Assembly (NCBI GenBank): GCA_963924565.1
Contig: OZ004615.1
Span: 5,022,001 to 5,086,000, forward strand
Origin: Ascidiella aspersa
Lineage: Eukaryota
Reading direction: 5' to 3'
DNA length: 64,000 nucleotides
Position numbers and translations under genes: made by a program. Below the pieces are notes generated by a model that was not told the origin of the DNA, searched no databases, and worked only from the letters and a program-made list of their open reading frames with translations. Each line of letters begins with the position of its first letter. Within the stretch, counting starts at the first letter, position 1. This document shows, piece by piece, positions 13,401 to 28,400 of the stretch.

Positions 13401-16400
13401 TGAATGACTGTGTCTGTGGGCTTTGCCATATGCAACCAGATATCAGGAAATTGTTTTGTATAGTGTTTTTGTTATGTGCGTTTTAATTGATGTATCTTTG
13501 CCTTACACTGCTAGTATTGTCACACGGCATGCAGCACCATCTGCTTAACATGTTATTTACCATTCTTTCGCTGATACTTGGTATTTCCATTTTCACAGTC
13601 ACAGTATTACATAATTACAGTATTAGGTTAAGAACCGCATGTAGTTAACCCTTTCAAACTGCAATTGGCCTATTTTGTGCCAGTTGAGAATGTTTGCAGG
13701 AACAAAATATTAATTGAAACATGGGTGAAACCAATAATTTGTATAATATTAAATCATTGTGTACAGTGTTTTTGTTTCAAAACCTTTTTCATGATTTTTT
13801 GTAAACCGCAGATATTTAATACAAAATTGTCCCATTCACAGACATAAAAAAAACAGTGTGAAATCAGTATCACAATGTAGACTATTCTTTTCTGATAGGC
13901 GCGTGTGTCACAGCCTTCATTTAACAACATATAATGCAGTCATATATTATTTGATCTCTGGCTTGAAACTGCATGAGCGGCGCAGCTGCAAAGGAAGTTG
14001 GCATGTTATTGGCCTGTCAGAGTTCAACCAATTCCACCACCGAACAACACATTATAAAGCAAAGGCGCTGTAGTTGTGGCCTCATAACTTTGATAGAATG
14101 CTCCTTTTCGGTTTGGCAGCTTAACCGCACTCAAGGTTGCATATTTGAAAAGTGCGGTCGATTTGCTAAAAGGTCAGCTGCGAGACCCATTGTTTGCATT
14201 GGAATTTGTCACCGCCATAGAATTGCCTCAATTGCCTGGTGTTGACTCACTGGGCCGGGACGTTTACATTTTATGCTGCTCTGACACTCTTGAAAAAAGC
14301 CGCCGGGCCATGCCACCACCCTACACCACTTTAAGCTGACTTGTCGTGTAAAATTGCACCATAATTTTGCTACTAAAAAATGTTATTTACCCCGCTGCAA
14401 GTCTGGTTACGAAATGGGAATTTTTATGATATTTGAGTGGGTAAACTGTCCAACTTTTTAGTGGTATTTTAATGTCAGTGTGTAGTTTTGTCATCAACCT
14501 AAGTGTTGATCTAGTCTTAGAGAAGTGGTTTATGGTAATTTATTAAACCTGTCCCATTCGTTTGCCTGTGCCTCTATGCTTCTTTTGAGTTTACTTGACA
14601 TGTAAAAGTGCTGTTAAAACATACTGTTCTCCCCCAAACTCAAAAGTCTGGTTAAGAAGATTGAAATTATATTTTTTTTGGTTTACCCCTTTCAAAATCT
14701 CAATGAGTCAGGTTTGTAAGTCTGTGTTTTTTCAATGTTTGATTTTACAACCAATTTAACACGAATTGTTTGATTGGGTTCCAAATGCTATATAAAAGCT
14801 CTAAAATAAAACCAACATTAAAATTGGCTTTTTTCTGCCATTTTTATTTGGTATTATAAAGTCAGTGCGTAGTTGTGCTACCCACATAAGTGTACGAGTT
14901 ATCCAGTGTTTGAGAAGTACTTTAGATGGTGATTTACTACACCTGTTCCATTTGCCTTGTAGCCATTGCTCTATGTCACTTTGGAATTCTCTGTTTGTCA
15001 TCCACACAACTCAGTGTTTAAACTTTTAAAGGGCAATATAAAACTACATACTTTATGTGAATTTTAATACTGTATAAAGAAGAAGAATATGCCACGAAAG
15101 ATTTCAATAACCCAACAATACCTTAAGTCAGGGGCCGGCAACCTTTTATGCACTCACAGACTGGCCCTCAAAAAAACAATAAATTTTCAGTAATGGCAAT
15201 TTATTACAACTTTGATTGAATCAGAACCTTGAACTTGTTTTGGCGCAACAAGTTAAACCTATAATATTATTAATATAAATTATGGCAATAAGAAAAAGCA
15301 TGAGTATGAATGTAGGCCGACAGCGAATAAAGTGTAGACCTACAGACCGGTAACAAACTCCTGGCAGACCAGCTTTAAACTAAGCATATACTTAAGAGGA
15401 ATCTGTTTTTTGTTGCATAAACATAATCCTACTTGTCAAAAAGTGTAGTGCAGATAACGTGTTGTCGATTAATACCACCCACTCTTTAAATTTGCCTACC
15501 AGCACTTGTTCCCCAGTGCTCTGTACAAACCATCAGTTTAAGATATAAATATTTTCATCCTCTGAATTTCACCTCCAATCACTTTTAAAGCCAGGTTGTT
15601 TTTGTTCTGTACAGATACTGTCCCGTTTCAACTATCCCTCTGTGTCAGACCATACTGTGGTAGGCGAAAACGGAGAAGACAAGTCCACCGGTAAGAAAAA
15701 AATGAAATGTTTGTAAATTGTAGGCCTTTAATATGTTAACTGATTGAGATGGCATGTTTGTCTCATTTATTTTCCAAAAATTTGTACCGCTTTTAAGTTG
15801 TATTGTACATTTACAATGATTTCTATCATATCACAAAAAAAATGTTAGAAACCACATTCCTGTTAGTACTATCCTTACAAATTAATTGGCGTTATTTGTT
15901 TTATCAACAAAGTGCGGGATATACCGAACAATAAAAAATCACGCTTAAAAGATTGAATCAAAGAATAAACTAAACAATAAACTAAATTGACGCTGTCAAA
16001 TTTTCAGTTCATTGTAAAACGCATCCTTCTCTTCAATGACTAATCCCCAATTTCCCTGCCTTAATAGTTAACCATGAAAAGTATGGCTGGATTAATGGCC
16101 CGTGTCAATACGAAGGAAATCCACATGCATTGAATACTGCATATGCGGCCTATCTCACCACCCTACTGTTGGCCGATACAATTTACGGCGTCCACGTGAC
16201 ACACTGCCTCACACGCACGAGATGGGCATATTATAATTAGTAAAATAAATACTCTAAAAGGGCTTTTGGTTTGTTTGCTATTAACTTTGTAGCGTACGAA
16301 AAACATCTGTCGAGATATTTCGACTATGTCCACACTTGTCATGGTTAACTATTAAGTCAGGGAAATTGGGCATAATAGTTACCAGAGAGTGCCTTAGGGG

Positions 16401-19400
16401 TTAGTTTAAAAACATATTTTTGTTTCAGCGGAAAACTAAAAGAATAATTTGAAGAACTATTTTATAAGAAACTATAACATAGGTTTTCGACCTTGTTACC
16501 CAGACAGCCTTTCTTAAAAGCAGTTCAGTTGCTGTACAGCTTTAACATGTTACTTTTTCGATGCCACCACTAATTCTACCTAAATTCTTTAATTTTTACA
16601 TATTATTTGCACCAAGCAATCCTGTATTTTAAACTACATCTACGAAGGTGAAAAATTTTACCAAAAACACGCTGCGTACGTTTTTACCAGTTGGACCGTA
16701 CAACTTAAGAAGGGCGAAAAGCGTTACTAAACCCAAAACAGCAAAGTTATAAACCAACAAAAGTTTGGTCGGATTCCAATTTTACAGAACCGAAACCAAT
16801 TAGGAAACGCAACTTAAGCGTATTCCCCCTAAAAGCGGTCTGATTGCAGACTTAGCATTTTACACTTAGCGTATCGCTCGTCAACTAAATAGAAGCGAAT
16901 CTTGATGTTGACGTGCATCCTTGTCTAAATTGCCTGCATTAAAAATCACGCCCGTCCCGAAAAAGGTCGCCAGTGTCTCTCGGTGGCGGGAAGTCCCCGT
17001 CAAATTGCCGCCACGGCGCTGTGCCCGTTGAACCAGCCAATTTACATAACCACTTCAAAAAGCAGCCTTTGGAAGCGGCCAATAGCGCGAAAACAGCCTC
17101 CGAAATAGGAAACTTTGTGCTCTGCCAATTCCCCATGTAAACCTACCCACCGTGACGCAAATTCTAGACTGGGAATTTCGGCGAGCCTTGTATAAAGCAT
17201 CTTAGTTTTTTTTTTTTTTTTTTTATTTAACGACAAACAGGGGGCAGTCTTACGACTGAATAAATCATTTTGTCGTGACACCAATTACTACAAGTAACAA
17301 ACGGTTTTAAGGAACAACACGTAATAACTCAATATTGGACACTGGGAAGAATTTACATCAAAATCTACGAAAAGCTTACAAAAACTCATGCACAGCGTTA
17401 AATAAAGTGAGAGATTCAGAGAAAATTAATTCAGGATGTCCGAACAGAATGTAATTCAACAAAGTAGCACAAGACAAACAAAACAACGTAATCGGTGACA
17501 TTACAGTTTTTTCGACAAACAGAGAACAAATTGCGTTAATCAAAACGTACCTTTTCGGTGGTTAAAAGTGGACACTCAAAAAACAAATGAAATGGAGTTT
17601 CATAAGCTCCGCAAAAACAAGTACGAAATGTATTAGTTATACTCAGTGGACTGTGACCTAATCTCAACATACAAAGAACAGCAGTTATTTTATGAGTTAA
17701 TACTAAGCGATTTACTTTAATGGCAACATGCAACTAAGGATGTTCGATATTGTATGATCGGTAATCAGACGATACCAATAAGTGTTATCGTTACTAGTCC
17801 GATTTAAGTTGTGCATTTTCACGTTTGTTTACGATTTAAAAATATATTTTTAGTGGCAAATTGATGATCTAAGCCTTAGGCAACTAAACTAAACTTTCCA
17901 GCTCTAAAGCAAATTTCAGCGTTTTAGAAAACAATACGTTTGCTCGTTTTAATATTACCAGTTTAGCTTATGCGACCATAGTGGTGTCGTCGTTTGGTAA
18001 CGGATCATACGTTTCACCCAATATGCGCATCGAATAAAAAAGTCCGACTTTCCCACAACACACACAACGCGACTTTCACAACGCAAGGCTACAAAGCCGG
18101 GTCATGACCCCTGCTGCGAAACCTTATTTATGTGGCTATTGATCCAACTAGTCCGCCATTTGTGGCAACGGGTCAGTCAAGTTCGTCCGGCAATCCAAAT
18201 GGCCTATTGTTCATCATCGCTAACCGCGAGTAAACACTTTTAAATTGGGAGGACTGTCGGAAATTAGGCGAAGGCTCTTAGTCTTGTCCGACTTTAACAG
18301 TAGGTTTCTCGTGAAAAACGGCGCGATCCAAATACCATACAGGTACGTTTCCCTAACCTTATCAGAATGAAGTAACATACCAAACCTTCTTTATTAAAAT
18401 TAAAAAAAAATGTTATTTATTAAAATTGCTGTCGTATGTCACAAAACCAGACTTTATTAGGCAAGAATTAGGGATGTCCGATAATATCGGATCGGAGCCG
18501 ATACCCGATGCCAAGTGTTTGTATCGGTACTCACTACTCATCCGATACTAGAATGGCATCGATTAATATGATAATTTCAGTCGTGATTTGCAATCGAAGG
18601 TAGGGATTTCTACTTTGAAATGCTTATCAAAAATCAGTTGAGTTTTTTTAACATTAAGGCAGTTTTTAATGAAAAAAAAAACTCTTAAAGGTTTCAATTT
18701 AAGCTAGTTTGCTTGTTTCTGAAAAGTAATGAAGTTACTTGGTATCGGAAAGGATCGCGGTGTTTTTTTGAAAGTTTAAAATATCAGTTAACGGTATCGG
18801 AATAAAATGTTAAGTATCAGATATTCCTAGCAAGAATCAATTTTACGTTGCAAGACAATAAACAACAATTAGTATACAACATAGTGCCACAACCCTTAAA
18901 ATAAACAATTAACCAATTTAAAGTGAGGGCACGTTTAACTTCAACGATTCTTGAATCCGTGTCACGAATGCTTCTTTCTTAACCATTGTGTTTTACTTTC
19001 GTTTGCATTCCACTGTAACGACCAAGTGCCGAAGAGACTCGAAAGTCACGTAGTTTGCCGCCACGTAAAGTTTCGATTCGATTTTCTTCAGTCATCAGAC
19101 TCCTGACCTTTGTCCGGTGCCCCTGTATCAAGACCTATGACCCCTGACCTTTGTCCGATTCCCCTGTATCACGACCTATGACCCCTGACCTTTGTCCGGT
19201 GCCCCTGTATCACGACCTATGGCCCCTGACCTTTGTCCGGTGCCCCTGTATCACGACCTATGACCCCTGACCTTTGTCCGGTGCCCCTGTATCACTCCCT
19301 ATGACCCCTGAGCATTGTCCGGTGCCCGTATTACGAGCTATGACCCCTGAACATTGTCCATAGCCCCCTGTATCACTCCCTATGACCCTTGACCTCTGTT

Positions 19401-22400
19401 GCTGCTTGTCCAGTTTTCGCTTGGTCTCTTAATACTTTTTAATAAGGGCCAAAAATAACGAAGGGTTTTGTTTAATTGCTTTAAAATTATGACTTAAGTT
19501 TGCTCAATTACGAATTATATGTAGCTGAGTTGTAGATTGTTAGGTGTAAATTCATTATGACTAGGGAAAATAATTTTACACAGAACAAATTTGTGACAGT
19601 GTGCGCGGCGACTTTTTGACTGTTAAAATGTATGAAAAACAAAGATTTTATAAATAAAAAATAAATAAATAAATGTAGCATATAAAAATGCGGTTTTGCA
19701 AGCTCACTGTTAATCTTAACAAGTTTCAATAGATAAAAAGAATGTATTTTTTTCGCGGAGAGTCCTTTCGCGCCCATTATATATGAATATTGACGTGCTA
19801 AATAAACGAAAAAAATACGTGCCACCACAAATTCTGGTAAGCATGTTTTATAAAACAGATGTCACTAATATGGTTTTCGAAAATCCTCCATACCCGATCA
19901 TTTTTCGTAAATCCCCCATACTCGATCAAAATCGATAAGAAAAATAAATTCAATTAAGCAGGGATGGACAACCTGCCAGATCCGGCCCCCTGCCTATTTA
20001 CAAACTGGGCATGTTAATTACATCACTTAGTTGCATGTAAAGCTTTAAAACATTTTTGTTGTTCTGGTATGTTATGCCACCATTGACAGTATAGCTTTCA
20101 TCAAAATGCTAAGATATTTGCTGTATATTAACTAGAAAATAAACCTTACAAGAAATATAGTTCAGGACCCTGAAACACACGTTTCCAAATGGAATTGTGG
20201 CTGGTTACCCAATGTTTGACAAAGGCGAAAGTCTAATTTAATATTTAACGCAAGCCATTCAAAACAAGATAACAAAGTTTATTTACTAACCCACTATTTG
20301 CGAAACTCCGATTAAAGCTTTAAAGGAATGCAGAGGACACGCTTTAAACGTGACCACGCCAAGTTTAACGACTTTAACGTAAAATCGAATGCTTAATGTT
20401 GGTGCTTATTCGAAGCAAACACATTAGCGCGGCAAACCTTTTTTAAGGGGAAGTGATTTTCAATAACCAGCCTACGGATACTCTGCGGCAATTTGTTAGG
20501 CTTACTTAAAGATAATTTGAGTAGAAATGCGACCAAGTGGAGTAATTACTGCAGAATAAGGTCCAGTTTTAAACGTGGTAAAAAATAATAAAATTAAAGT
20601 TGTGTCCTGAACAAATAAATATGACACTGATTACACCGCCGCATAAGGTAACTGCAAAACAGGCCTAGCATCAACCATAATATATAATGTTGAAAAAGAG
20701 TGAAGACAAAATGCTTTACCTTAATCATCAATCTTGGTCGTATTCAAAGTTCCCAGCCCTTTGGGTTAACCTTTGTAAGCAATATTTTTTTAATTTTAAC
20801 CGTATGTGTGTTCGTAAGGATTTTGAACGGATGTATGTTTGCAAATCAAATCGCTATCTTTTGTCACTTCTAACAATTGGCAAACCTTACCAGAAATTAG
20901 ATTTTTTTTCTCAATTAAATATAAAAAAACACAAAGCTCGAATCGAGCTTAATTAAATTAGTTTTTACATTTCTCTTGCACCGAACCGCTGTGATGTTTT
21001 AAAGTTGGGCACAATTTGTGAAGCAATGTATCGTGAAACCGCTTGAACAACAATTCTGCGAAACAACATGGAATTACGTGTGTTCCAATGTTACCAGTAG
21101 TTCGATGGGAGAAAAGGGATCGGGTAACCCTGCAATGTGAATTGTGGGTAGAAAGTTGTTATTTGACCGGATCGATATTTTACGCTTGCACCCATACGTG
21201 ATTATTCATTAATTTGGGTTGGGTTTAGCGTTTGGTTTGGGTGCTGGTAGTATCAGATTTAATTTGCTGAGGTTTGCATAATTTCAATCATTTATTCCAA
21301 AATCAATTTAAGTTTTTGTCTTAGCCGGATAAATAGCCGAAGGAAGAAGTGCCTTGAGGTTTTTGCCCAGATTGCTCTTTTACGTTTGCACCCGTTAGTG
21401 ATAATATGTTAATTTGAACTACTTTGGTGTCCAGCTTGGATAACCTCTTCCTTATTTATATTTAACAGCGAGGAATATTTAGAGCAAGTTTTGAAACTTT
21501 TTTTTTCGAACACAGCTACGCCCGCCAACCAACAGCCGTCCGCCGATTTGAGCGAGAGCATTCACAAGACCGAGGAGTGGCTGGCCTACCGTCACGGTCA
21601 ACTGCACAAAGCCGCCGATGACGTCAGCAACGAAAGGTCAAAGGTGAGCGTGCGAAAGTTATCTGTCGGTTTGTGGCGTTGTGGATGGAAGTTATGCCGC
21701 TGGTCCATACACCTTCTTGTATAGTTATTCGTGAAAGGTCGTAATGGATTCAAATTTAAACAAAATATGAACTGCTTTTGAGAAATATTTATCAAAATAA
21801 GGGGCTCCTAATGCTAATTTTTTTAAATTACCTTTTGGACTGCCTACTCTCATTTTTGGTTGTCAAGCTTGCACAAATAGCATCCTTTATCATTGATAAA
21901 GTTTTCATATAAAGCTCCATGTATAACTTTTACAAGTTGTTCAAGAACTACTGAAATGTGTAAAATGCATTTCTGCCTTGGTGAGTTGTAACTTTATTCA
22001 TTTTTGCTGTAAACCTGTCACCCTGTCACCTGTCAAAATACCATCCTTTACCTTTGCTAAAGTTTCCCCTAAAACAATCCGGGGGTAGTTACTCGTTGAT
22101 GTAGAAGTAGACCCACTAAAATATGCATAAGCATTGTTGTTTTCCCAGTTCCAACTTGATGGATCACCTAGGAATCTCTTTTTAATCTTTAGCTGTGCTT
22201 ATAGTACGTGGTCAGGTTGCGTGTTCATTAAGTTACGTCCCTTGTTAAAAGCATTAGGTGGGAGAACCACATTACTCTGAATGGCAAGCTGTAGAACTAA
22301 TAATCTACCCTTTGTGGTGTATTCAGTTGAACCTTTTAACGACAAAGGGCAGTACGTGGACAGTACTTTAGATCAACTTAATTTATAAACACCAAGGGTT

Positions 22401-25400
22401 TGAGCTACATATAAACATTAAACAAGCTACAAGTATTAACGTTAATGGCACTAGCGACAAAAGCAAATGCATTAAGAAATGAAAAAAGGGTTAAAGATGT
22501 GCAATTACCGGCAGTGACGTTGTTGCCAGTTCGATTTCATGACCGGAAGTATCTGATTAAACAATAAAATATTGGCCTTAGTTTAAATCAGACATTTCCT
22601 TGATCGAAATGCGTGTGTGCAAAACACGCTTCAAATAATATAAGACTATTTAAAACAGGATAAATATAGATTTCGATTATACAGAAAAATGTACCATAAC
22701 AAATTGTAAACCATTTTTAAAGCCATTATACAAAAACTACTAAACTATATTTTCAAGTAGTTTGTTATTTTACCAATGTACTGCATTTATATATTTATTT
22801 AAACCACGTCATGCACTCCAACTGATTAGAATTTTCGCTAGTGTGAATCTCACATATAAACACTTATTATCTTAGGTGTGCAAAAAAGTTGTAAAAAAAA
22901 ACCCAATTAAAAACAGTATTTTAAACATATACACAAATCTGATTAAGGTGTTCGAACTGGTTACGGTATTTCATAGTGGTTTATTATAAAATTAAGGTTA
23001 GGCGCATATCGTAGTTCAAATTACGTCGAACTTTAAATTTTGAAATCGCGGTTTTCTATTTCGAGCTGCGCAACCCGGTCAGCGTTCATCGTGCGCAGGA
23101 AACTTTACCGTTGCGTCCTTGTTTAGAATTTAAATATCACCGCGGTCCCTATCTCGAGTAAAATTGTTCAGTCAAGTATCAATTAATGTGACGTTTTGTC
23201 CACGGGTCTTTATTATTAGGTCGCTTTCGGTTTAATTTTAATTCGGAAATAATTCGCTCTAAGATGCTAATTACTTACGATTTTACTTGTTTTGACACGA
23301 TGTTTACTTGTTTTGAGACCAATTCTTTCTGAATGACGTCCCTTTGTTGGCGTTCGTATATTTGTTTTTAATATACTAGTTGTTTTTCGCGATACCAAAT
23401 AGATAAGAAATAAATGTCGAATGTCAGATATTGTGCCAGAAACAACAATTTTGTTGAGCCAAAATTGGTTTGTTCATACAGAATTTACATTAAAAAAAAT
23501 AGTTAAGCATAGAATTTACGTCAAATAGTTTTTAAACCTTACCACTATTTACATTATATACCGAGGTTAGACATTATTTAAGAGCATTCAAAACGAATAT
23601 TTTCAGGTTTGAAGGTCAAAATATTATTTTTTAACCATAATGCAATTTGCAATTTTATCCAGATTATCACATTTATTTTTTACCTGCTGTGTCGGTTACC
23701 AATTAGGTGCTAAATTACTAATTGTTATTCCGGCATTTTCGTCGAAAGCTTGATAAAACAAAGGTTACTATTGATGTATTTATCGAAACTTGAAAAAAAA
23801 CTTCCGTGTAAATAATTTATTGCGATACAGTTAAATTATACTTCATTTAAACTACGTAATTGTTTACTTTTATTTCTTAATTATCAAAAAAAATTTTTCT
23901 CAACGAAGTGCACTAAGCCTGTCTTTACAAACATTGTCCTCGCGACTGTCTAATTTTTTTTTCCATGACCGAGATATTAGCATGTGAAATACCAGCACGG
24001 CTCTAATTCTGGGCGCACAAAAACCATTCCGTTTTCTCTTCTTAAAACGTTTACCCGTTTACTTGTGATCACAGAGTTCGCAGACGAGTACGAACGAGTC
24101 GTCATCGACGAGTAACTCGAAGCGAGTCACGATGCAGCGAGTTTCCAAAATGCGCTGGAAGTTCTCAAAGTCGCGCCAATCCTCCTTCGAGCTTCTTCTT
24201 CCTAGACTGAAAGAGGAAGAGGACTGTTCGGCGGAAGGTTAGTCGCAAAAATTAGTATTTTTTGATGAAGCTATGTTGAACTTTATACGAGTGCTGCTGA
24301 AACCGTTGAAAGTGGATGGACCTACTAGCAATGTAAATGGTTTCATTTTTTTTAAATTTACCTACTGTACCTTGATATGGATTTCATGAAAGTTTTTTGG
24401 TGAAGTTATGTTCAACTTTATACCAGGGCTGCTAAATCCAGGTAATGAAAATGGAAAGACATACCAGCATTATAAACAATTATTTTCATTTACCTACTAT
24501 ACTTTGATATGGATTTGATGAAAGGTTTGTGGTGAAGTTATGTTCAACTTTATGCCAGGGCAGCGGAGTCGGATTCTCGGCGGTGTCGGTTTATTTTTGC
24601 TGTAGACTCGGGACTTGTGACTCGAGCAAGACCACGTTAAACCACTCGAGTCCGACGTCCGCATGCGCAGTACAAAGTTTCAAAACTTATAAGGCCGCAA
24701 GCTGTAACTGTAAAGGGTGAATATCATTAGCCCTGCTTTATACTGTTACCAAGCATTTAGCATTATATAGTCATACAGTGCGTTGCGCGTTGCCTCGGTT
24801 TCAAATTGCTGGAAGCAGTTGCTTGTCGTTGTTTATTGTTGGGATTTTGATTGTTTTTGTTTTATTATGTGTATGTTTTTTGCCCTTTTGACTTAAAAAA
24901 ATAGTGTTATGCAAAGTTTGTTGTAGCTCAAGTACCTATTGTGAACAAGTACCGATACTAACCTTTTGCATCGGGTATCGGCTCCGACCCAATAATATTG
25001 TACATCCCTATCACCCTGGTATCGGCCGAGTAGCGATACTACTCCTGGCATGATATAGTAATATCGGACAACCCACTTTATTGGTGTATCACACCTTACC
25101 AAAAACATTTGGCACTGATACCCTCGTAACCTCGTTTTCCAAATCCAGCGTTTCTAGAAGCGAATGAAATTAGCCTATTTTCATGAAAATCGTCCCTTTT
25201 AGCGCCACATAAAAACAGTCCTCAGATATCAGGTTGGCATTTCGTCTCGGATTTTCCCTGTAAAACCCCGACCGCTTAGTCAAAACGCCGCCACCGACGG
25301 AATTCGGCGAATTGTTGTTCATTTCCTCGCGCAGTGCCGCTTCAACGCGGCGCAGCGAAATATTCGCGGGTTCCTGCACTCGTGACGTCACCTTATGACA

Positions 25401-28400
25401 GGGGTCGGGAAACTATATGGCTCTTTTTGTGACGCCATATGGCTCTTTCGATGAAAGAATCTTGCTTGCGGAAAAATATAAGCTATCATTTCTCAGCATG
25501 ATCTCAAATAAAACTGCACGCGGCCACGGCCCCCTTTCCTAACGTTTTTTCTTTTTTGTTACAGCAAATTTTCGGCGCTTTGCGCGAATTCTATTTGTTT
25601 TTCGAGACTGTTATTCCGTTTGAAGGAATCTTTTAATATCCAAAAATACCCTTTTCTTCCAACGGACTCCGTAATCAAAGTTTTGCAAACTTACCTTATT
25701 TATTTTTGGTGCATAGCGTGTTCTGTCCTTTAAATGAGGACAAAGGCCCTGCTCAATTTACTGTTTTTTGCCAACCTATGTTAAAAAGTATTATATGGCT
25801 CTCATGGAAATACAACCAAAAATAATCGGCTTTTGTGGCTCCTTTAGCTGAAAAGGTTCCCGACCCTGCCTTATGACGTCATTCTCCAACTGTAGCTTAA
25901 AGCAGCCAAAGATAGCTCGGTGCAGTATAAGAGCTGATAAAATCCCGCTTGTCCATATATGAACGTGGTTAAATACAGATCGACTCGTTTAAGGGCATTT
26001 TGCACTGCCAACTAGGGATTTCTGATTTATTTCGTTTTATTTTCGATACGCGACATTAGATCCGATTTTAAATAACTCTACTGCAGTGCTCCGGCAAAAA
26101 ATTACTTTAGTGCTGGGAAAATCGGTTACCTTTTTGCGAATGTGTTATTTTCTAAAACAACACTTTTAAAGTAGAGAACGCTAAGCAAACTGTGGCTTAC
26201 TTGCCTAAGTTATTTTGGTATCGGATCGGCACCGATACCAGCCAAGTATCGGACAAGTAGCGATACTGTGAAATTGTCAATTGGCATGGGCTCCGATCTG
26301 AAATTATCGGACAAGTATCGTGAGTCCGTCACTATTACTTAGAATTGACTTCGATCTGAAATTATCGGACATCCCAGCTGCCAACCCCATTTAATGTCAT
26401 TTCACCTCCCAGTGTATGTGTTTTTCAATCTACCCAGACCCACTGACAAAGTGAAAAAGATAACAGCTGTTTACGCCGCAGCACGCAAAGCTCTGTAATT
26501 TAGCCGAAATCTGAAATCGCATTTGCGCTCAGAACTTCGAAACCACGCGCGTCATTTCTTACGCCTATTGTCTCGCCGCGAAAAACCTCAAGTGCGCACG
26601 GCCCTGTACAAACTTACCTGTAATGTCGCACCGCACTGTTTTCTGCGTAACCGGGCAAATGTCAAGTCAATCACCAGATCTGCTACACGCGCGTGCCAGG
26701 CAGGGTTACGTCACAGACTTGCTCGTGGCTCGTCGCCTCAATGACGTCACAATGCGCCTGCTAATGCGTGAGTCGTATACAGTCGGCACCGAGCCAAAGG
26801 GCGTTATTGTCGTGTACGCAGTATATCTCGTGTTAGCGACCAAGCGTATGTTTAGCCCGCTATAAAAATGTCACCTAAAAAAGTTTTTGTGTTTTTTATC
26901 GTATGTGGTCTAACTTTTTGGCGCTGTTATCTTTTATGTGACCTAAATTCTTTTTTTATCGTATGTGGCCTCCCTTTCATTCTGTTATGGTATGCGGCCT
27001 GCATTTTTGACTCTGTTATAGAATGTTGTTTACCATTTTTTCGGCCACATACTATAACTGAGGCAAAGTATATCGTACGCCGTGTTTGCGACATACGATC
27101 ACCCAGATTTTATCCAGGAAGCTCAATTAGGAACAAGCCTAGGCCAGAACAGTTAGTTACTTGTTTCATACATAAAGTAGTTCCTGTAAAAATTAAGCCA
27201 TTTAAAAAGGCTTTAATCCATAACGGACCCGATTGACCTTCAAGCACAACTCGGCTATTCTTCGGTGTTACTTCGTTACAGACTAAATGTCTCGCGTTCT
27301 ATTCTTGTCGTCCGGCAATGACCGCTTTTGGGCCCATCACTTAACGGGTAAATATAGCGCCCGAATGTACATTTGCCACTGGCAAATTAACTGGTCGCGT
27401 TTGCTAAAATGAGATAATGGATGCGTTGCCTTTTAGTTTCCCATACTGCTAGGATGCTGTTAATGCAAAAGCGAACATGGTAATTTTGATAGCGATACGT
27501 CATAGTGCTATACAGTAGGGCCTAAAAGGTTGATATAACTGGTCATTAGATCTGTAAGAGATTAAGTTGGCCTTCCCCCCACCATTTTACCTTTGTCATT
27601 TTGTCTTCTTGAATCTAGGTTACGCTATATTTCCCACCACTCTGTTCCACAAGCTTTGTTGCAGTTTTGTTTAAGCAAGTCTCATCTCCACCAGTTATTT
27701 TTAACTTGTATTAATCTTTGAACATACTAGTTTATCCCCACTAGTTTTTTTGTTGTGATGCGCCTACGTTCAGTTTGAATGCATTAAGATATGGCACCTC
27801 GTAAGGCTAGAATATAAAAAGGGACGACTGCCTACGATAGTATAACAGTGAAAACAAGACTTTAGTAGTTAAATTTTTATTGTTTCAAGATTTAAAATAC
27901 ATGGGTGCTACCAGATGTATTTTTTTCACTTCTAAATATGTCTGAATCAATATCATAAAAGCAAATAACCACTCTAATCCGTGATTCGCGGTTTACATTC
28001 CCTGATTTTAAACACGTTTTATTTAATTTAAAGGAAATAGTTGTTATATAGATTACAATTACACATAGTTGGTATTTTGGATTACAATACTCTTACCATA
28101 CAATGTTAGACACCAATAAAATATACAGTAAGCATAAGTTATCTTTTGCGCAATATCGAAGATTGTGTAAAAAATCTGTTTCAGAAAATGGCGATGTGTT
28201 CCAACGCTTTGGGGTTACATTCAAATCTTCCCTGATCTGCCTTCTGCCGAACTAGTATTCAGTCCTTTTTTATTTTATTATTTTTATTTCTAGCGAAATA
28301 GCATTCAGTCTTTCGTTGCGTGTTTTTCCGCAAGACACAGGGAAAAGAGCAGCGCGTCGCCAAGCTCGCTCGCTGATTAACGATTTGTTTGCTCGGGTCA

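Noticed and set aside
19025-19100. CTGATGA/CTGAAGA...GAAAC on the minus strand as a hammerhead
   Set aside because: No stem II can form between the core boxes.
19102-19396. CRISPR-like array
   Set aside because: Contiguous tandem units with no unique spacers, in eukaryotic intronic context; it is a minisatellite.
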